Shown: positions 48,919 through 60,226 of the stretch, piece after piece
Numbering within the stretch: the stretch's first letter is position 1
How the letters are laid out: every line of letters starts with the position of its first letter
Source: an uncultured Candidatus Binatia bacterium
Lineage (GTDB): Bacteria; Desulfobacterota; Binatia; Bin18
Direction: 5' to 3'
Assembly (NCBI GenBank): GCA_965214605.1
Contig: OZ243961.1
Location: 2,400,001 to 2,464,000, forward strand
Length of the DNA: 64,000 bases
The notes under the pieces: generated by a model
What the model was told of the DNA's origin: nothing
The model's database searches: none
The model's input: the letters and a program-made list of their open reading frames with translations, nothing else
Translations under genes and position numbers: made by a program

Positions 48919-50340
48919 ATGGACATCCACACGACCCGTCACTTTGTCGAACACGCCTGGACGGACAGGATTATCCCTGCCCTGACCGACTATTTACGGA
49001 TTCCAAACCAGTCGCCTGCCTATGACCCGGACTGGAAGACCAACGGCTATATGGATCAAGCGGTTGAGCTGCTCGCCGCTTGGGTACGGGCGCAGGACGT
49101 GCCCGGCCTCACTCTCGACGTAATCCACTTGGACGGACGGACGCCGCTGCTGTTTATCGAGGTACCCGGACAGACCCAAGAGACCGTACTGTTGTACGGA
49201 CACCTCGACAAGCAGCCACCCATGCACGGCTGGAACGAGGGCCTCGGCCCGTGGACTCCGGTCCTCACCGACGGCAGGCTGTACGGCCGGGGCGGGGCTG
49301 ACGATGGCTATGCTGGGTTTGCCTCCCTGACCGCCATCCAAGCCTTGCAACGCCAGGGCTTGCCCCACGCCCGATGCATCATTGTCATCGAAGCCGATGA
49401 AGAGAGCGGCAGCGGGGATCTGCCTTACTATATCAACGCGCTCAAAGAGCGGATTGGTTCACCAAGTCTGGTCATCTGTCTTGATTCCGGGTGCGGCAAC
49501 TACGACCAGCTATGGATCACCACTTCTCTGCGCGGTCTGCTGATGGGAACGCTGTCGGTCTCGACTATTACCGAGGGAGTCCATTCCGGGGCGGCGAGCG
49601 GAATCGTCCCCTCCTCGTTCCGCGTCCTGCGCCAGGTGCTCAGCCGCTTGGAAGACCAGCAAACGGGCAGCATCCTTCCCGCTGAGCTGTACGCTGAAAT
49701 CCCCGCTGAGCGCCTGCGTCAGGCTACGGCCGCGGCCGGAGTGTTGGGCACGTCTGTCTCGGCAATGTTCCCGTTTCAGGTCGGCAGTGTGCCCGTGACG
49801 AGCGATAACAAAGAATTGCTGCTCAACCGAACATGGCGTCCCCAGCTCGAAATCACCGGCGCGGCCGGATTGCCGGCGCTCGACCAGGCGGGCAATGTCT
49901 TACGACCGCTCACCGCGGTCCAGGTCTCGCTGCGTCTGCCGCCTCTCGTCGATCCAGACCAGGCTATGGCGTTTGTGAAGCAGCTGCTAGAAAAAGATCC
50001 GCCGTACGGTGCCAAGCTTAGCTTTGAACCCGGTATGAGTGCCTCAGGATGGAACGCGCCCGCACTTGCCCCATGGTTGGAGGAGTCGCTGAAGCAGGCT
50101 TCGGACGAGTTCTTCGGCCGTCCGGCGTGTTATATGGGCGAGGGCGGAACGATTCCCTTCATGGGCATGTTGGGCGAGACATTTCCCCAGGCCCAGTTCA
50201 TGATTACCGGGGTCTTGGGACCGCGCTCAAACGCCCACGGTCCGAACGAATTTCTTGAACTCTCAACCGGGGTGAAACTGACTTGCTGTGTGGCCCGGAT
50301 CCTAGCCGATCATTACCTGGTCACGCAGAGTGGTACGTGA
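48919..50340 (+). CDS. M20 family metallopeptidase
   Basis: YGHLDKQP, GRGGADDG, EESGS, GEGGTIP and NAHGPNE. Confidence 0.94.
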   Translation: MDIHTTRHFVEHAWTDRIIPALTDYLRIPNQSPAYDPDWKTNGYMDQAVELLAAWVRAQDVPGLTLDVIHLDGRTPLLFIEVPGQTQETVLLYGHLDKQPPMHGWNEGLGPWTPVLTDGRLYGRGGADDGYAGFASLTAIQALQRQGLPHARCIIVIEADEESGSGDLPYYINALKERIGSPSLVICLDSGCGNYDQLWITTSLRGLLMGTLSVSTITEGVHSGAASGIVPSSFRVLRQVLSRLEDQQTGSILPAELYAEIPAERLRQATAAAGVLGTSVSAMFPFQVGSVPVTSDNKELLLNRTWRPQLEITGAAGLPALDQAGNVLRPLTAVQVSLRLPPLVDPDQAMAFVKQLLEKDPPYGAKLSFEPGMSASGWNAPALAPWLEESLKQASDEFFGRPACYMGEGGTIPFMGMLGETFPQAQFMITGVLGPRSNAHGPNEFLELSTGVKLTCCVARILADHYLVTQSGT

Positions 50341-50389
50341 AACTCAGGGTAATCCGACTAGCTCAATGTCATCGGTCTTGAGGCGGCAC

Positions 50390-50810
50390 GACACCGGCTG
50401 GTTGCCGTCACGTCGGAAGATTCGGTCTCTGTCGGAGTTGACCTATCGGCCTTACAGGGGATGTGCTGGATTACATCGGCATCGGACCACCCTTGCCCGG
50501 TCGTGATGACCTTGGAGTCTAATGTTGCGGCCCCATAGGTTGGAGTAGACCATTCCGGTGAAGTAGATGCCTGAGCCGATACACGTGGGGAAGCGGCTGG
50601 CGTTGATACAGTCATCATACAGGTTACCGAACAGGTATGCGAGGGAATGCTCTCGGTCCGGCCTTCCGCTCCGACGATCTCTCTGCCGAGTTTGGCTAAG
50701 GCCACTCCGCCTGGGCCCAAGAGCGCTGAGGTCTCGGTTGTCTGGCGGTATCGTGGTAGAAGTAGCCAGCTTCAGCCGAAAGCCGCCTAGCGGCAAATGA
50801 TCCAAGAGAT
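50390..50810 (-). pseudogene. Outer-membrane beta-barrel (opacity/porin-like) pseudogene, copy 2
   Basis: Frameshifted pieces LPLGGFRLKL, LFGNLYDD...RFPTCIGSGI...YSNLWGRN and TTGQGWSDA. Confidence 0.6.
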
Positions 50811-51460
50811 GTAGCGCAGGCGGTCCCATGAGCCGCCGCGGTCCTGGAAGGTGCCAAAATTAACCCAGCGGCCTTTCACGCCCAGAGAAAGCGATTCGGT
50901 CAGCGCGTAGTCCAGCCCAAACAGCACTTGGTAGCCGAAGAGCGTATCTATGAGAGTACTCTGCTCGCTGGTAACCGCTCCGGCAATGCTACGGCGGATC
51001 TGCGCTGCATTACTCAAGCCCTGGCCGGCCGTGCTGCTATCCGGGTCCATGTTCCGTACCCATAGGGCGGCGTAATCTATGTCGGTGAAGCCGACACCGA
51101 CGCCAACGGAGGGCGGTTGCTGCTGAAAATTGGTTATATTCCGAGTTGCGGTAGAAGTACTCCAACTCCAGCCGTAAGCGGCCCAGAGGAAAATCCGGCA
51201 GCCTGTTCCGCAGGCTGTAGCCGACCGCGGCGCCAGCCAGGATACCTTCGGCGGCGTCGAACTCGCTCATCCATCTCTCGCCTCGGCCAGCTGGGGTCTC
51301 TACAACCGGGAACATCCACAAAGAGGGGGGTGTAGAATTCGTCGCACACGGTGGCCCGGTCATTGTCGTTTTCATCAAAATCTGGCCCCGATATCGCTGC
51401 TCAGGCAAAAGCCCGAGCCGGCCTGGACCAAGCTGAGAGGAAATGGACATGTTGCGATGA
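50790..51460 (-). pseudogene. Outer-membrane beta-barrel (opacity/porin-like) pseudogene, copy 1
   Basis: Frameshifted pieces NDRATVCDEF, GILAGAAVGY..RLELEYFYR, GVGVGFTDIDY and FGYQVLFGLDYALTESLSLGVKGRW. Confidence 0.75.
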
Positions 51461-51678
51461 AGCAAGTTAAAAAGAAAACTGTCCACCCCACGCATTTCCC
51501 CTCGACGCTGCTGAGCTGGCTGGGCGCCCTTCCCTCTCCATCCAGAGCGGATTTTTCAAGTCAAAAGACGCCGTCACGGCTTGGTGTTGCTGATAGCCGC
51601 GTGGTTTCCCGTAAACTACGCGTTGCCTTGCCCATGGATTTCAGTTAGGGGTAGGCAATCACGCAGAGAGGAGTTGTC

Positions 51679-52929
51679 ATGGAAAGTCGTGCGCCGTCGC
51701 TTTTACCGGAACAGTTTGGGCCTCTGCAAGGCGTCCGGATTCTGTCAACTGGCAGTCTGATTGCCCAGCCGTATGCTGCAGCACTGGCGGCCGAGATGGG
51801 CGCGGAGGTCATCCAGGTCGAACGTCCGGGCGAGGGGGACGCCGCCTGGCGCCACCTGGGCATGCAGCTGCCAGCCATGGACGGCACCGACCAGGTCGCC
51901 ACTACCTGGATCCAGGAACGACGCAACGAACTGTATACAACCCTGGATTTCAGTATCCCTGAGGGCAAGCAGATCTTCCTCAAGCTCATTGAGGCGTGTG
52001 ACATCTGGATGGAGAGTTCCAAGCCAGGCTCGTACACCAAGTGGGGACTCACAGATGACGTGGTGTTGCAGACCAACCCCAAGATTGTGATCGCCCATGT
52101 ATCGGGCTACGGCCAGACCGGTCATGAAGATTATCTGGGCCGGGCGTCGTACGACATGATTGGTCAAGCCTTTGGGGGCCTGATGTTCCAGACTGGATTT
52201 CCCGACCCCGAACCGCCAGTCCGAGCTAACCCGTGGACCGCCGACTATATTACCGCCCTGTTTTGCCTGTGGTCGTCGCTGTCGGGCTATATCTACGCCC
52301 AGCGGACGGGCAAAGGACAAGTCATTGACATCTCGCAGTTTGAGTCTATTCACCGTCTCCTGTCGGGCACCATGGTCGAGTATTTTGCCAACGGCTTTGT
52401 ACGGGGCCGGTCTGGCAATAAGGCTACCGCGTTTCAACCCTACGACGCCTTTCAGGCCAGCGACGGATGGGTAGTGATCGGCGCGGTTGGGCTGGCCGTC
52501 TTCTCGCGCGTGTGCCAAGCCATTGGCCTTGATCCAGAGGACAAGAAATGGCAGAAAGCCAGCTCCGACGTGAATTCGATTGAGGGTATCGAGTTTGACG
52601 CTCTGTTGCGCGGCTGGGTTGCCGAGCGGACTGTGGCCGAGGTGGTTGAGTCCTTAAACGCCGTCCAGGTCGCTTGTTGCCCGATCATGAACAGCAAGGA
52701 TATGGCAGAAGATCCACACTACCAGGCCCGTAAGCTCCACATTGAATGGGAAGACGGACAGGTCGGGAAGGTGAAGGGGACCGGGGTGACTCCGCTCTTT
52801 TCGGAGACCCCGGGCAAGATCTGGCGCGGTTCGGTCCCCGTTGGGTATGACAATGAAACCGTCTATACCAACCTGGCCGGGTTGAGTGCCGAAGAGGTCG
52901 CTCAGCTCAAAGAGAAAGGGGTGATCTAA
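51679..52929 (+). CDS. CoA-transferase family III (CaiB/BaiF)
   Basis: GPLQGVRIL, AEMGAEVIQVE, VSGYGQTG and ADY. Confidence 0.93.
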   Translation: MESRAPSLLPEQFGPLQGVRILSTGSLIAQPYAAALAAEMGAEVIQVERPGEGDAAWRHLGMQLPAMDGTDQVATTWIQERRNELYTTLDFSIPEGKQIFLKLIEACDIWMESSKPGSYTKWGLTDDVVLQTNPKIVIAHVSGYGQTGHEDYLGRASYDMIGQAFGGLMFQTGFPDPEPPVRANPWTADYITALFCLWSSLSGYIYAQRTGKGQVIDISQFESIHRLLSGTMVEYFANGFVRGRSGNKATAFQPYDAFQASDGWVVIGAVGLAVFSRVCQAIGLDPEDKKWQKASSDVNSIEGIEFDALLRGWVAERTVAEVVESLNAVQVACCPIMNSKDMAEDPHYQARKLHIEWEDGQVGKVKGTGVTPLFSETPGKIWRGSVPVGYDNETVYTNLAGLSAEEVAQLKEKGVI

Positions 52930-52961
52930 AGAGTGTAAAAGGCTCGGCATACCCCTGCTCG

Positions 52962-53145
52962 GTCGAGGTGCTGAGAGGCATGACATTTACGGTTGAACGC
53001 GGCAAGTTCTTCGAACTCCTCGGATCCAATGGGCGGGCAAATCGCCATGATCAATATTTTGCTTGACCTCATTCTGGCCGATGGCGGCTCAATTCGGGTG
53101 TTTGACACCGATTTTGCCGTGCAGCCGGTCTCCACGCCCTATGTA
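52962..53145 (+). pseudogene. ABC transporter ATP-binding N-terminal fragment
   Basis: VLRGMTFTVERGKFFELLGSNG with a frameshift in Walker A, then MINILLDLILADGGSIRVF. Confidence 0.7.
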
Positions 53146-53699
53146 AGGCTGGCTGCAGCCTTGACAACATGAACGAGGCGAGGGTGGTTCGTGAGAATTT
53201 TGGTGGGGGTATAGCCATATCTATCTCGACGACTTCGAGCAACAGCTCAATCCCTTCCTGCGACAGCTAGTCCCATCCGAAGGCGCGCATTGTTGAGCCT
53301 CCCGCTCAAGCACCCAAGTCTAGAACACGCGTTCATCGGAGGTCGTGCGGGGGGAACTCTAAGCACCTACGATACGGCACCATTTCCGTCACGCTCCGTC
53401 TTTCTCCTCAGCCTTAGTTTGGAGGGTGATGTGTAAGTTCTACTGTATCTGTTATCGGAGCCCAGACCGGATTTTCGATATCGTCTGCCGGCCGGTGATC
53501 TTGTTACTGTTGGAGGGGTTCATACCTACTTATGCCTTCTCAAAAGCAGTTCTCATGAAGATAGAGGAGACAGGCCGTATATCCTCCGCACGCTCATAGG
53601 GTTGGGAAGACGGCCACCGTTTTTCATCTTTCGGTGGCACTGGCCCGCCTAGGCTATTCGGTGTTCCTCACCATCGCCATAGACCCCTAGGCGAATCTG

Positions 53700-54302
53700 T
53701 CTTTGTGCCTCGGACTCCAACATCCCAGCGAGGTGCGTAGGACAACCTCTGAGCCGGGCGTGTCCCTGATCTACGGGGACATCCGGCCGACCGCCCTGGA
53801 GCGAGAGATAGACAGAGTAAGGCATTCGCGAAGCTGACCTTGCGGCGATGTCTCAAACCACTGTCCTTGGAAGACACTCACAGCGTCCCGATCGACTGCC
53901 CCCTTCCCTGTTCTATTTGACCGTCTGAATGCGCTGGTCGCCTCACAGTACTGTCTGATCCCGTTTGTGTCGGGCTTGCGCTTCAGCTTTGAGGGTTTGA
54001 CTAGTGGAAAGCCTGATCGGCGAGCTCCAGGCCCACAACGAAGCCCTCATCCTTCTCGGCGTCCTGCTCAACGTGCACGACGGGCTGCAAGAAGATTCAC
54101 CAGGCCATGCTTGGCAGTATTCGCCAGAAATTCGGCCCGAAAGCCTTTGCTACGACCACTAGCCTCTCGGTCAAGATCGCAGAGACGAGCGCTGAGAGGG
54201 AAGTGGACATTCCAGCACGACAGAAAAAGCACGGGCGCGCGATATTTCATGGCACCGGGGGGAGAGGTCTTGAGCCGCCTGGGGCTGGCCCCGCTCATCT
54301 AG
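53700..54302 (+). pseudogene. parA: ParA/Soj family ATPase remnant
   Basis: Across frames IDCP, NALVASQYCLIP..FSFEGL, LLGVLLN, IRQKFGPKAF..SVKIAE and FQHDRKSTGA..EVL. Confidence 0.75.
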
Positions 54303-55399
54303 GAGGTGGCGACTGAGGTTGAGAGAGGGCAAGCCCACTTCGACCGCCCTGTGCCCTGCCGGTAGGAGCCGCTTTTGTCTCTTTTCGGAGTACGTCCGCC
54401 CGAGAAAGAGTCCTCCGGTACTCCCCTAGATCAGAGTACCACTGGAGGGTCCTTCATATTATCCTACTTGGGCCCAACGGGTCGGTCCTCAGCCTTTGGC
54501 ACTGACGACCAACCCAAAGGCTCTTCGCCACAAGCAGCCATCCTGCTTGCACCGCGGCAATGGGAGGTTCGCCAGCTCCCGCAGGGCATCGCCGCGGATA
54601 GACCGGTTCGACAAATCGCCAATCGGCTCAGAGTCTCTATATAAAGGGGATAAAAAGGCAATTCGTGTCCCCAAGCAGGTCTGGGATGTTCAGGGCTTTC
54701 AGGTTGCCTTTGAGACAACGATAGAGGTCCGAAAGTGGGCATTCAACGAGGCGCGTGGAATTGCCAGACGTACCCCTACTAGTCCCAAACATTCAGGACC
54801 ATCCCGCCTCAGTATGTATGCAAGAAGAGTATATACACCAAGGCGACAGACCTAGCAGCAGAACTCCTCCAGGTCTGCCTTACCTTCCGAACTAACTGGA
54901 AGATTCGGGAAGTCACGCTCATTGTTGTTACCGGCTCCTCTCCGGGGAAATGGGCAAGACAGCTTTTCAGCTGCCGTTGTGGCGAGCGAGGAAGCTCGGG
55001 TAAGGAAGGATTGGCATCCGCAGTACGGATACCCACGTTTAAGCAAAACGGCACTCTACTGATTACCGTGCACGATATTAATACGCAAGTGCTAAGAGGG
55101 TAGGAGCCAAGATCAGGGCAGCAGGGCACCGCCTAGACCTCCCCGCCTTCCCCGACAGCCCACCCGAGAGAGGGCAGAAGTCTTCCGACGGCACTTGGCT
55201 GCCCCCGAGAAGTAAAACTGGGCAATTGACCGCGAGACTGAGGAGAAAATAGAGACCATGCGGGTAATGCTTACCTAGGTCGGAACGGACAAGCACCAAG
55301 CGATTCTGGTCCAAACCCGAATCGCAGCGGCGCAGGCTATGTTGGCGGTCGCTGCAAGCGTCTGAGGAGCTGAGGGTGTTATGGCACTAGCGGCCTCAA

Positions 55400-55789
55400 G
55401 CAGTCCTTCGAATGGTTAAGAAGACACGGCTGCCGAGCTGACGCAAGACAACGTCTACGGTAACGCCCTTCGTGGCATGGTCAGGGATTAACAACCGCTG
55501 CGCCTCGTTAGACTAGGGAGAAGGACGCATTCAGGGCGCTTCGCAACGGCGGGCGACCAGCGGCCACCCGCGCGTGGGTTGGAGCGGGACGGCGTGGCCT
55601 TTGCGGATCGTCGTCGCGAGCAGTTCCCGCAGGCAGTTCTTCGCCTCGGCCGACGCTTTCTCACGGATCACTCCATCAGCGACTCCCCACCCGGAGTCCG
55701 GAAATGTGACGACGAACCGGCCCAGCTGTGTTCTGTACGATTTCTGCAGGATAGTTGAAAGTGCATGGTATGGGGCGCTACTCGTTCAT
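55400..55789 (-). pseudogene. hicB: HicB-family antitoxin remnant
   Basis: GRFVVTFPDSGWGVADGVIREKASAEAKNCLRELLATTIRKG followed by PDHATKG..VLRQLG, with stops and frameshifts. Confidence 0.7.
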
Positions 55790-56536
55790 GCAAACATGCA
55801 AATAATTTCACATAGAATGATTTGAGAACTAAGCAAAAATGTGTTTGACAAATTCACGATCAGTCTTCCAGAGAGACGAGGCGAAGCTCTCCTAGCCCCC
55901 ACCTAAATGGGGAGAGAACTCGGCTGCTTGCAGGCGGCTCTGTACTCCCATTTCAGCTTGCTGCAGACTCCTTGCTCCTTGCTGGCCTGCTGGATAGTTC
56001 TAGTTTCCCACTCCGTCAGAAGCACGCTCTAGGGCTGCGGCTACAGGGAACATTTTGGAAGCAGCTGTTCCTCCTGACGCTGCCAGCGCATTCCCTTCCA
56101 ACGTCAGGGGGTGCGTTCTTCGCAATTCCGAGGGCTGCGAGCATTGTGTTGAGGAGGGTCTTTCCTACTTGCTTTTTTCCAATCCTTAAACTGTGCTGTT
56201 CCGAGCGCTCCCATAGAGCGTCCCATGCGAGCCGAGTCTATGAATCATACCGACAGGCCCCTGGCTTGGCCCATTTCCGCGCGGGTTGGATGAATGGTCG
56301 ACCGGTTCCCGTCTGGCCCCCTGTTTCCTGCGGGCGAGGGTAGCCTTAATAGCCCTTGCTCGGGGGCCACTCTGCGTACAAAAGTGCGTTACCCTCTGTG
56401 GAGATAGGAAGTTGAGGAGTTGGGAGCAGATGATGCTCTCAGCCGTATTGATCCTAGGCTGACTGTAAGAATGGGGAGGTATTTACGTGATTTTTTCTGA
56501 CGGTTTCGTTCCCTCCCTGGGAAAAAAGTCCGTAAA

Positions 56537-56564
56537 AGCAGGGGAGTAGCAGGGGAGTAGCAGG
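56537..56564 (+). repeat. 11-bp tandem repeat (AGCAGGGGAGT) x2.5
   Basis: AGCAGGGGAGT AGCAGGGGAGT AGCAGG read directly. Confidence 0.8.
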
Positions 56565-57259
56565 ATATACAACGTGTGATACAATACTGCTGAATTTGTG
56601 AGGAGCGGGTAAGGTGATTCGGTCAATACCTCCATCCTCCCGCCCACCTTCCCGAGTGCGCTACATCTGCGCTCCTCCCTGAGAAAGACGAAGCGTTCAA
56701 ACGACTCACTTGATGTTTTCAGCATGCCTTGCGCCAAGCCAAGAAGCGCAGCTTGCTCACGGGGTTTGAGAGAGCCTGACAGGTCGTCTCCCTAGCATTT
56801 TGCTGTTGGCATAGAGGGGGACGGTGAGGGCGGTGTCAAGGTGGGTGACCGGCTGCCCGGGCCGGCCAGCCCCAAGTTCCTCACGGACCCACCTCCCCTG
56901 GCTCCCCCCTGCTTCCCGGGGCGTCCGAGGGCTCTCCCCCACTATCCGGGAGCAGAGGCCGCCCCAGGCCGGCCTTCCGCATGAACAGGGGGCCGCTGAG
57001 GGGCTGGGTCCCCCCCCCCCCCACGCCCTTGGCAGGCTGTGGGGGCCTTCGGCAACGCTCCTGAGCCGGCCAGCCCCACTCCTCCCGCAACCGGGCCGGG
57101 CCGCTGTCCGGGCCGGCCCCCTGCCGGCCCTACCACGCCCGCCACGCCTGTGGCACCGTCCTCCGGGGGGGCTTCTCATGAGGCCCAATCGCCTGTCGTA
57201 CGGTTGCCCCGCCGCGGGTGGCGGGCAAAGGGGAGAAACAGGCGCGGGGCATCCAAGCC

Positions 57260-57752
57260 CCTAACTACCTACTTCCGTAAAGAGATATGGAGTCAGCCCG
57301 AGCCGCAGTTTAGAGGCGAGTACTATCAGTTTTCCAGCATTACCTCTTACCCGCCTCCTGTCCAACAGCCCCATCCACCACTTTGGGTTGGCGGAAATAG
57401 TAAACGGGCCATGCGACGCGTGCTGGAACTCGGCAATGGCTGGCAGCCCGGCTGGTCACGTCCAGAGCAGTTACGGCAGGAATTGGAAGATTTTGAGCGG
57501 GTGGCCAAACAGGTGGAACGAGACCCCAAAAGCATCGAGCTGTCCCTCATCCGTCCCCTTCAAATTCTCGATGAGGCCAAGGAGCCACACCGCCCGTTAA
57601 TCGGCATGCCTGAGCAGATTGCCGAGGATATTCGTGAATATCAGCGGCTTGGGGTGAGTCATTTGGTATTCAACTTTCGGACCAGCTACATATCTGAAGC
57701 GGTTGAGACGGTTGAGCGCTTTGCCACCGAGGTACGGCCGTTGGTGGCATAG
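57260..57752 (+). pseudogene. LLM-class F420-dependent oxidoreductase, C-terminal half only
   Basis: EIWSQPEPQFRGEYY, PVQQPHPPLWVGGNSKRAMRR and ERFATEVRP. The N-terminal half is replaced by GC-rich degenerate sequence. Confidence 0.8.
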
Positions 57753-57849
57753 TAGTGCCCTTTGACTCATCAAACACATATGGAAGAAGAGTCATGACGT
57801 TCTTTCGGAAGAGCGCCTAAGAGGTGATGTTGATCTATATGGTAGACCA

Positions 57850-58990
57850 AAGGCTTGGCTTATTAATCCTTCCGAAATAGTTGCCATCAGAGTGCAGCAT
57901 ACCGTCTCAGAGGATCCTTCAATCAGCTCTTCCCGAATGCTGGAAGTTTGTGCCCTCGCCGCAGATAGGAGACAAGCCTCGCTCGCCGCTCTTCTCGCGA
58001 AGTGAGGCCCTTCTGACCAAGGGCAGTGTGTTTCAGGTGGTCCCCCCCCACTCGTCAGGGGTGAGCTCGGGCGAATACGCCCCTAGATACTGCCGCGCAA
58101 GTCGACCACCCTCCTCCTAGGCAAATCGCTTCACCGTCTACGCCTGATGGATCGCAGGTTAGTCCCTGACAAGCAAAAGCGGTGCGCTCGATACAAGCGG
58201 CGTGCGGCCCCCCTCCCGGGACCCGCGGGAAGCATCAGCCCCCCCCTCCCCCGCTGCCTCACCGAAGCAGAGCTGTGTTCCAAGACACGTTGTTGCCTCG
58301 GAGAATCCGCTGCCTTCCCCCGCCGTCCCGCTTCCGGCCGCTGCTGAGACGCCCGCCAGAGCGGCCGCTAGGCGCTCACTCCCCTCTGCCTCAGCAGCCG
58401 ACCTACCGAGCTCTGGCTCCGCCGCCCCCGCTAGGCCATCAGATCATGCCAGCGCCGCCGTCCCCAATGCACCAGGAAAATGCAACTGCCACCGACTCTT
58501 CCCAAGCCTCGGGGCTTCACCGCCACTTCATAGCCCGCGCCGCCACGTCGGCGGGCGCCCGCCGACGTGGGCGCACCTCGCGCTTGCCCCACCCGCCGAC
58601 ACGAGACCGCAACCCCGTGCGCCAATTCCCACCCCGAGCCACGCCAGCCGGCCTGTCGCCGGCTGGCTGTCAGGATGGCCACAGGCACGCCGCCCTGATG
58701 GCAGGCACCCTCAAAAAGCTGCTTGTCGGCTCCGTCCAAAAGCCCGGCCCGCTTGACCTCGACAAACACCGCTGGCTTATTCGCCGGATGACGCAATGCA
58801 TAATCGACCCGCCGTCTCTCAAGTGGGAACTCGCGAATAACAATCTGAATATCGCTACAGGCTATCCGAGCTTACGCAACGCTAGCGAAAGAATAACTAC
58901 GGAAACATCCACCTTGGAACGGAAAGTATCACTCTGTAGTTTTTCCTTACTTTTCCGATGTGATCCGAAATGGCTATCAGTTGCTTCCCT
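57850..58990 (-). pseudogene. HsdR N-terminal-like restriction endonuclease remnant
   Basis: IVIREFPLERRRVDYALRHPANKPAVFVEVK...KQLFE..HQG.PVAILT is a PD-(D/E)xK HsdR-N pattern. Stops occur upstream and the sequence degenerates downstream. Ends are approximate. Confidence 0.7.
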
Positions 58991-59097
58991 TGATCAAAGG
59001 GAAATCACTGTATATCAACACAAAGCAGTGGGAAAATTATTAGCTGTCAACAGCGGATGGAAATAGGCGCCTCTTCCTCATCGTTCCAGAATTTAGT

Positions 59098-60219
59098 ATG
59101 TCTCCTCGGATTGTCGTCGTCGGTGCGGGCATCATTGGGGCTTCCATCGCCTTCCACCTCTCTCAGCGGCCGGTCCGCCTCACCGTGCTTGATCGGGCTG
59201 AGCCGGGGGCGGGAGCGTCGGGTCATTCGTTTGCGTGGATCAACGCCTCAGCGAGCAAAGAGCCGGCTTCCTATCACGACCTGAATCGCCAGTCGGTTGA
59301 TATGTGGGATCGGTTTACCCGGAATCTGGCCGCCGATGTCGGACTGCGCTGGGGAGGCGAGCTGGGCTGGGCTACGACCCCGGCCGAGGCCGAGGAACTG
59401 CGCACCGCAGTCGCAGTCTTACAGCAGCGTGGACACGACAGTCGGCTGCTAAGCAAGGCCGAGTGTCAGACACTAGAGCCAGGGCTGCGGCTCGATCGCT
59501 TTGTGATCGGAGCTCTGAGCCCCAACGACGGCCAGGTCGATCCAGCCCTGGTGATTCGAGCTTGCCTTGAGCAGGTACAGGCGCGGGGTGGGGTGGTACA
59601 GGCTCAAACGCGTGTCACTGGCTTTCAGCTTGAGCCTGCGACTGGGCAGGTGAGTATGGTGCAGACTGACCAAGGCACGTTACCCTGTGATCGGGTAGTC
59701 CTAGCCGCAGGTTTGGGTGCGACCGAGCTGGCCGGGCAGCTCGGTATTCCCTTGCCGCAACAGCGCAGTCCCGGAGTGGTGGTATGGACCGACCCACAGC
59801 CCCGGCTGTTCAAAACTCTGGCTGTACTCAATATACCTGGGTTAGGGAGTGATCAGCTAGGATTGCATATCTGCCAGCGGGCCGGCGGAATGGTCGTCAT
59901 TGGGGAAGGCAGCCAGGAACGCCTGGCCAGCGATGATTCTCAAGCCCATGCTAATGCGCTGTTATTACGTGCCAAGCGGTATCTGCCAGCGTTGACTATG
60001 GCCCGTGCCCTACGTGTTCCGGTCGGTTATCGTCCGATGCCGGCGGACGGCTATCCGGTGATCGGCTGGAGTCGGGCTGTGCCCAATGTCTATGTGGCGG
60101 TGATGCACAGCGGGGTGACTCTGGCCCCACTGGTCGGGGAGTGGGGCGCAATGGAGATTATCGATGAGGTGAAGGTTGATCTCTTCGCACCCTATCGGGC
60201 GGAAAGATTCAGCTATTAG
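59098..60219 (+). CDS. FAD-dependent oxidoreductase (DAO/glycine oxidase family)
   Basis: VVVGAGIIG, GYRPMPADGYPVIG and HSGVTLAP. Confidence 0.93.
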   Translation: MSPRIVVVGAGIIGASIAFHLSQRPVRLTVLDRAEPGAGASGHSFAWINASASKEPASYHDLNRQSVDMWDRFTRNLAADVGLRWGGELGWATTPAEAEELRTAVAVLQQRGHDSRLLSKAECQTLEPGLRLDRFVIGALSPNDGQVDPALVIRACLEQVQARGGVVQAQTRVTGFQLEPATGQVSMVQTDQGTLPCDRVVLAAGLGATELAGQLGIPLPQQRSPGVVVWTDPQPRLFKTLAVLNIPGLGSDQLGLHICQRAGGMVVIGEGSQERLASDDSQAHANALLLRAKRYLPALTMARALRVPVGYRPMPADGYPVIGWSRAVPNVYVAVMHSGVTLAPLVGEWGAMEIIDEVKVDLFAPYRAERFSY

Positions 60220-60226
60220 GGGCGGA

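Noticed and set aside
56757-57264. Several Gly/Pro/Arg-rich ORFs
   Set aside because: Low-complexity GC-rich sequence with no RBS or motif.
58182-59066. 294-aa Pro/Arg-rich plus-strand ORF
   Set aside because: Open only because the region is GC-rich, and it is antisense to the HsdR-N-like remnant.
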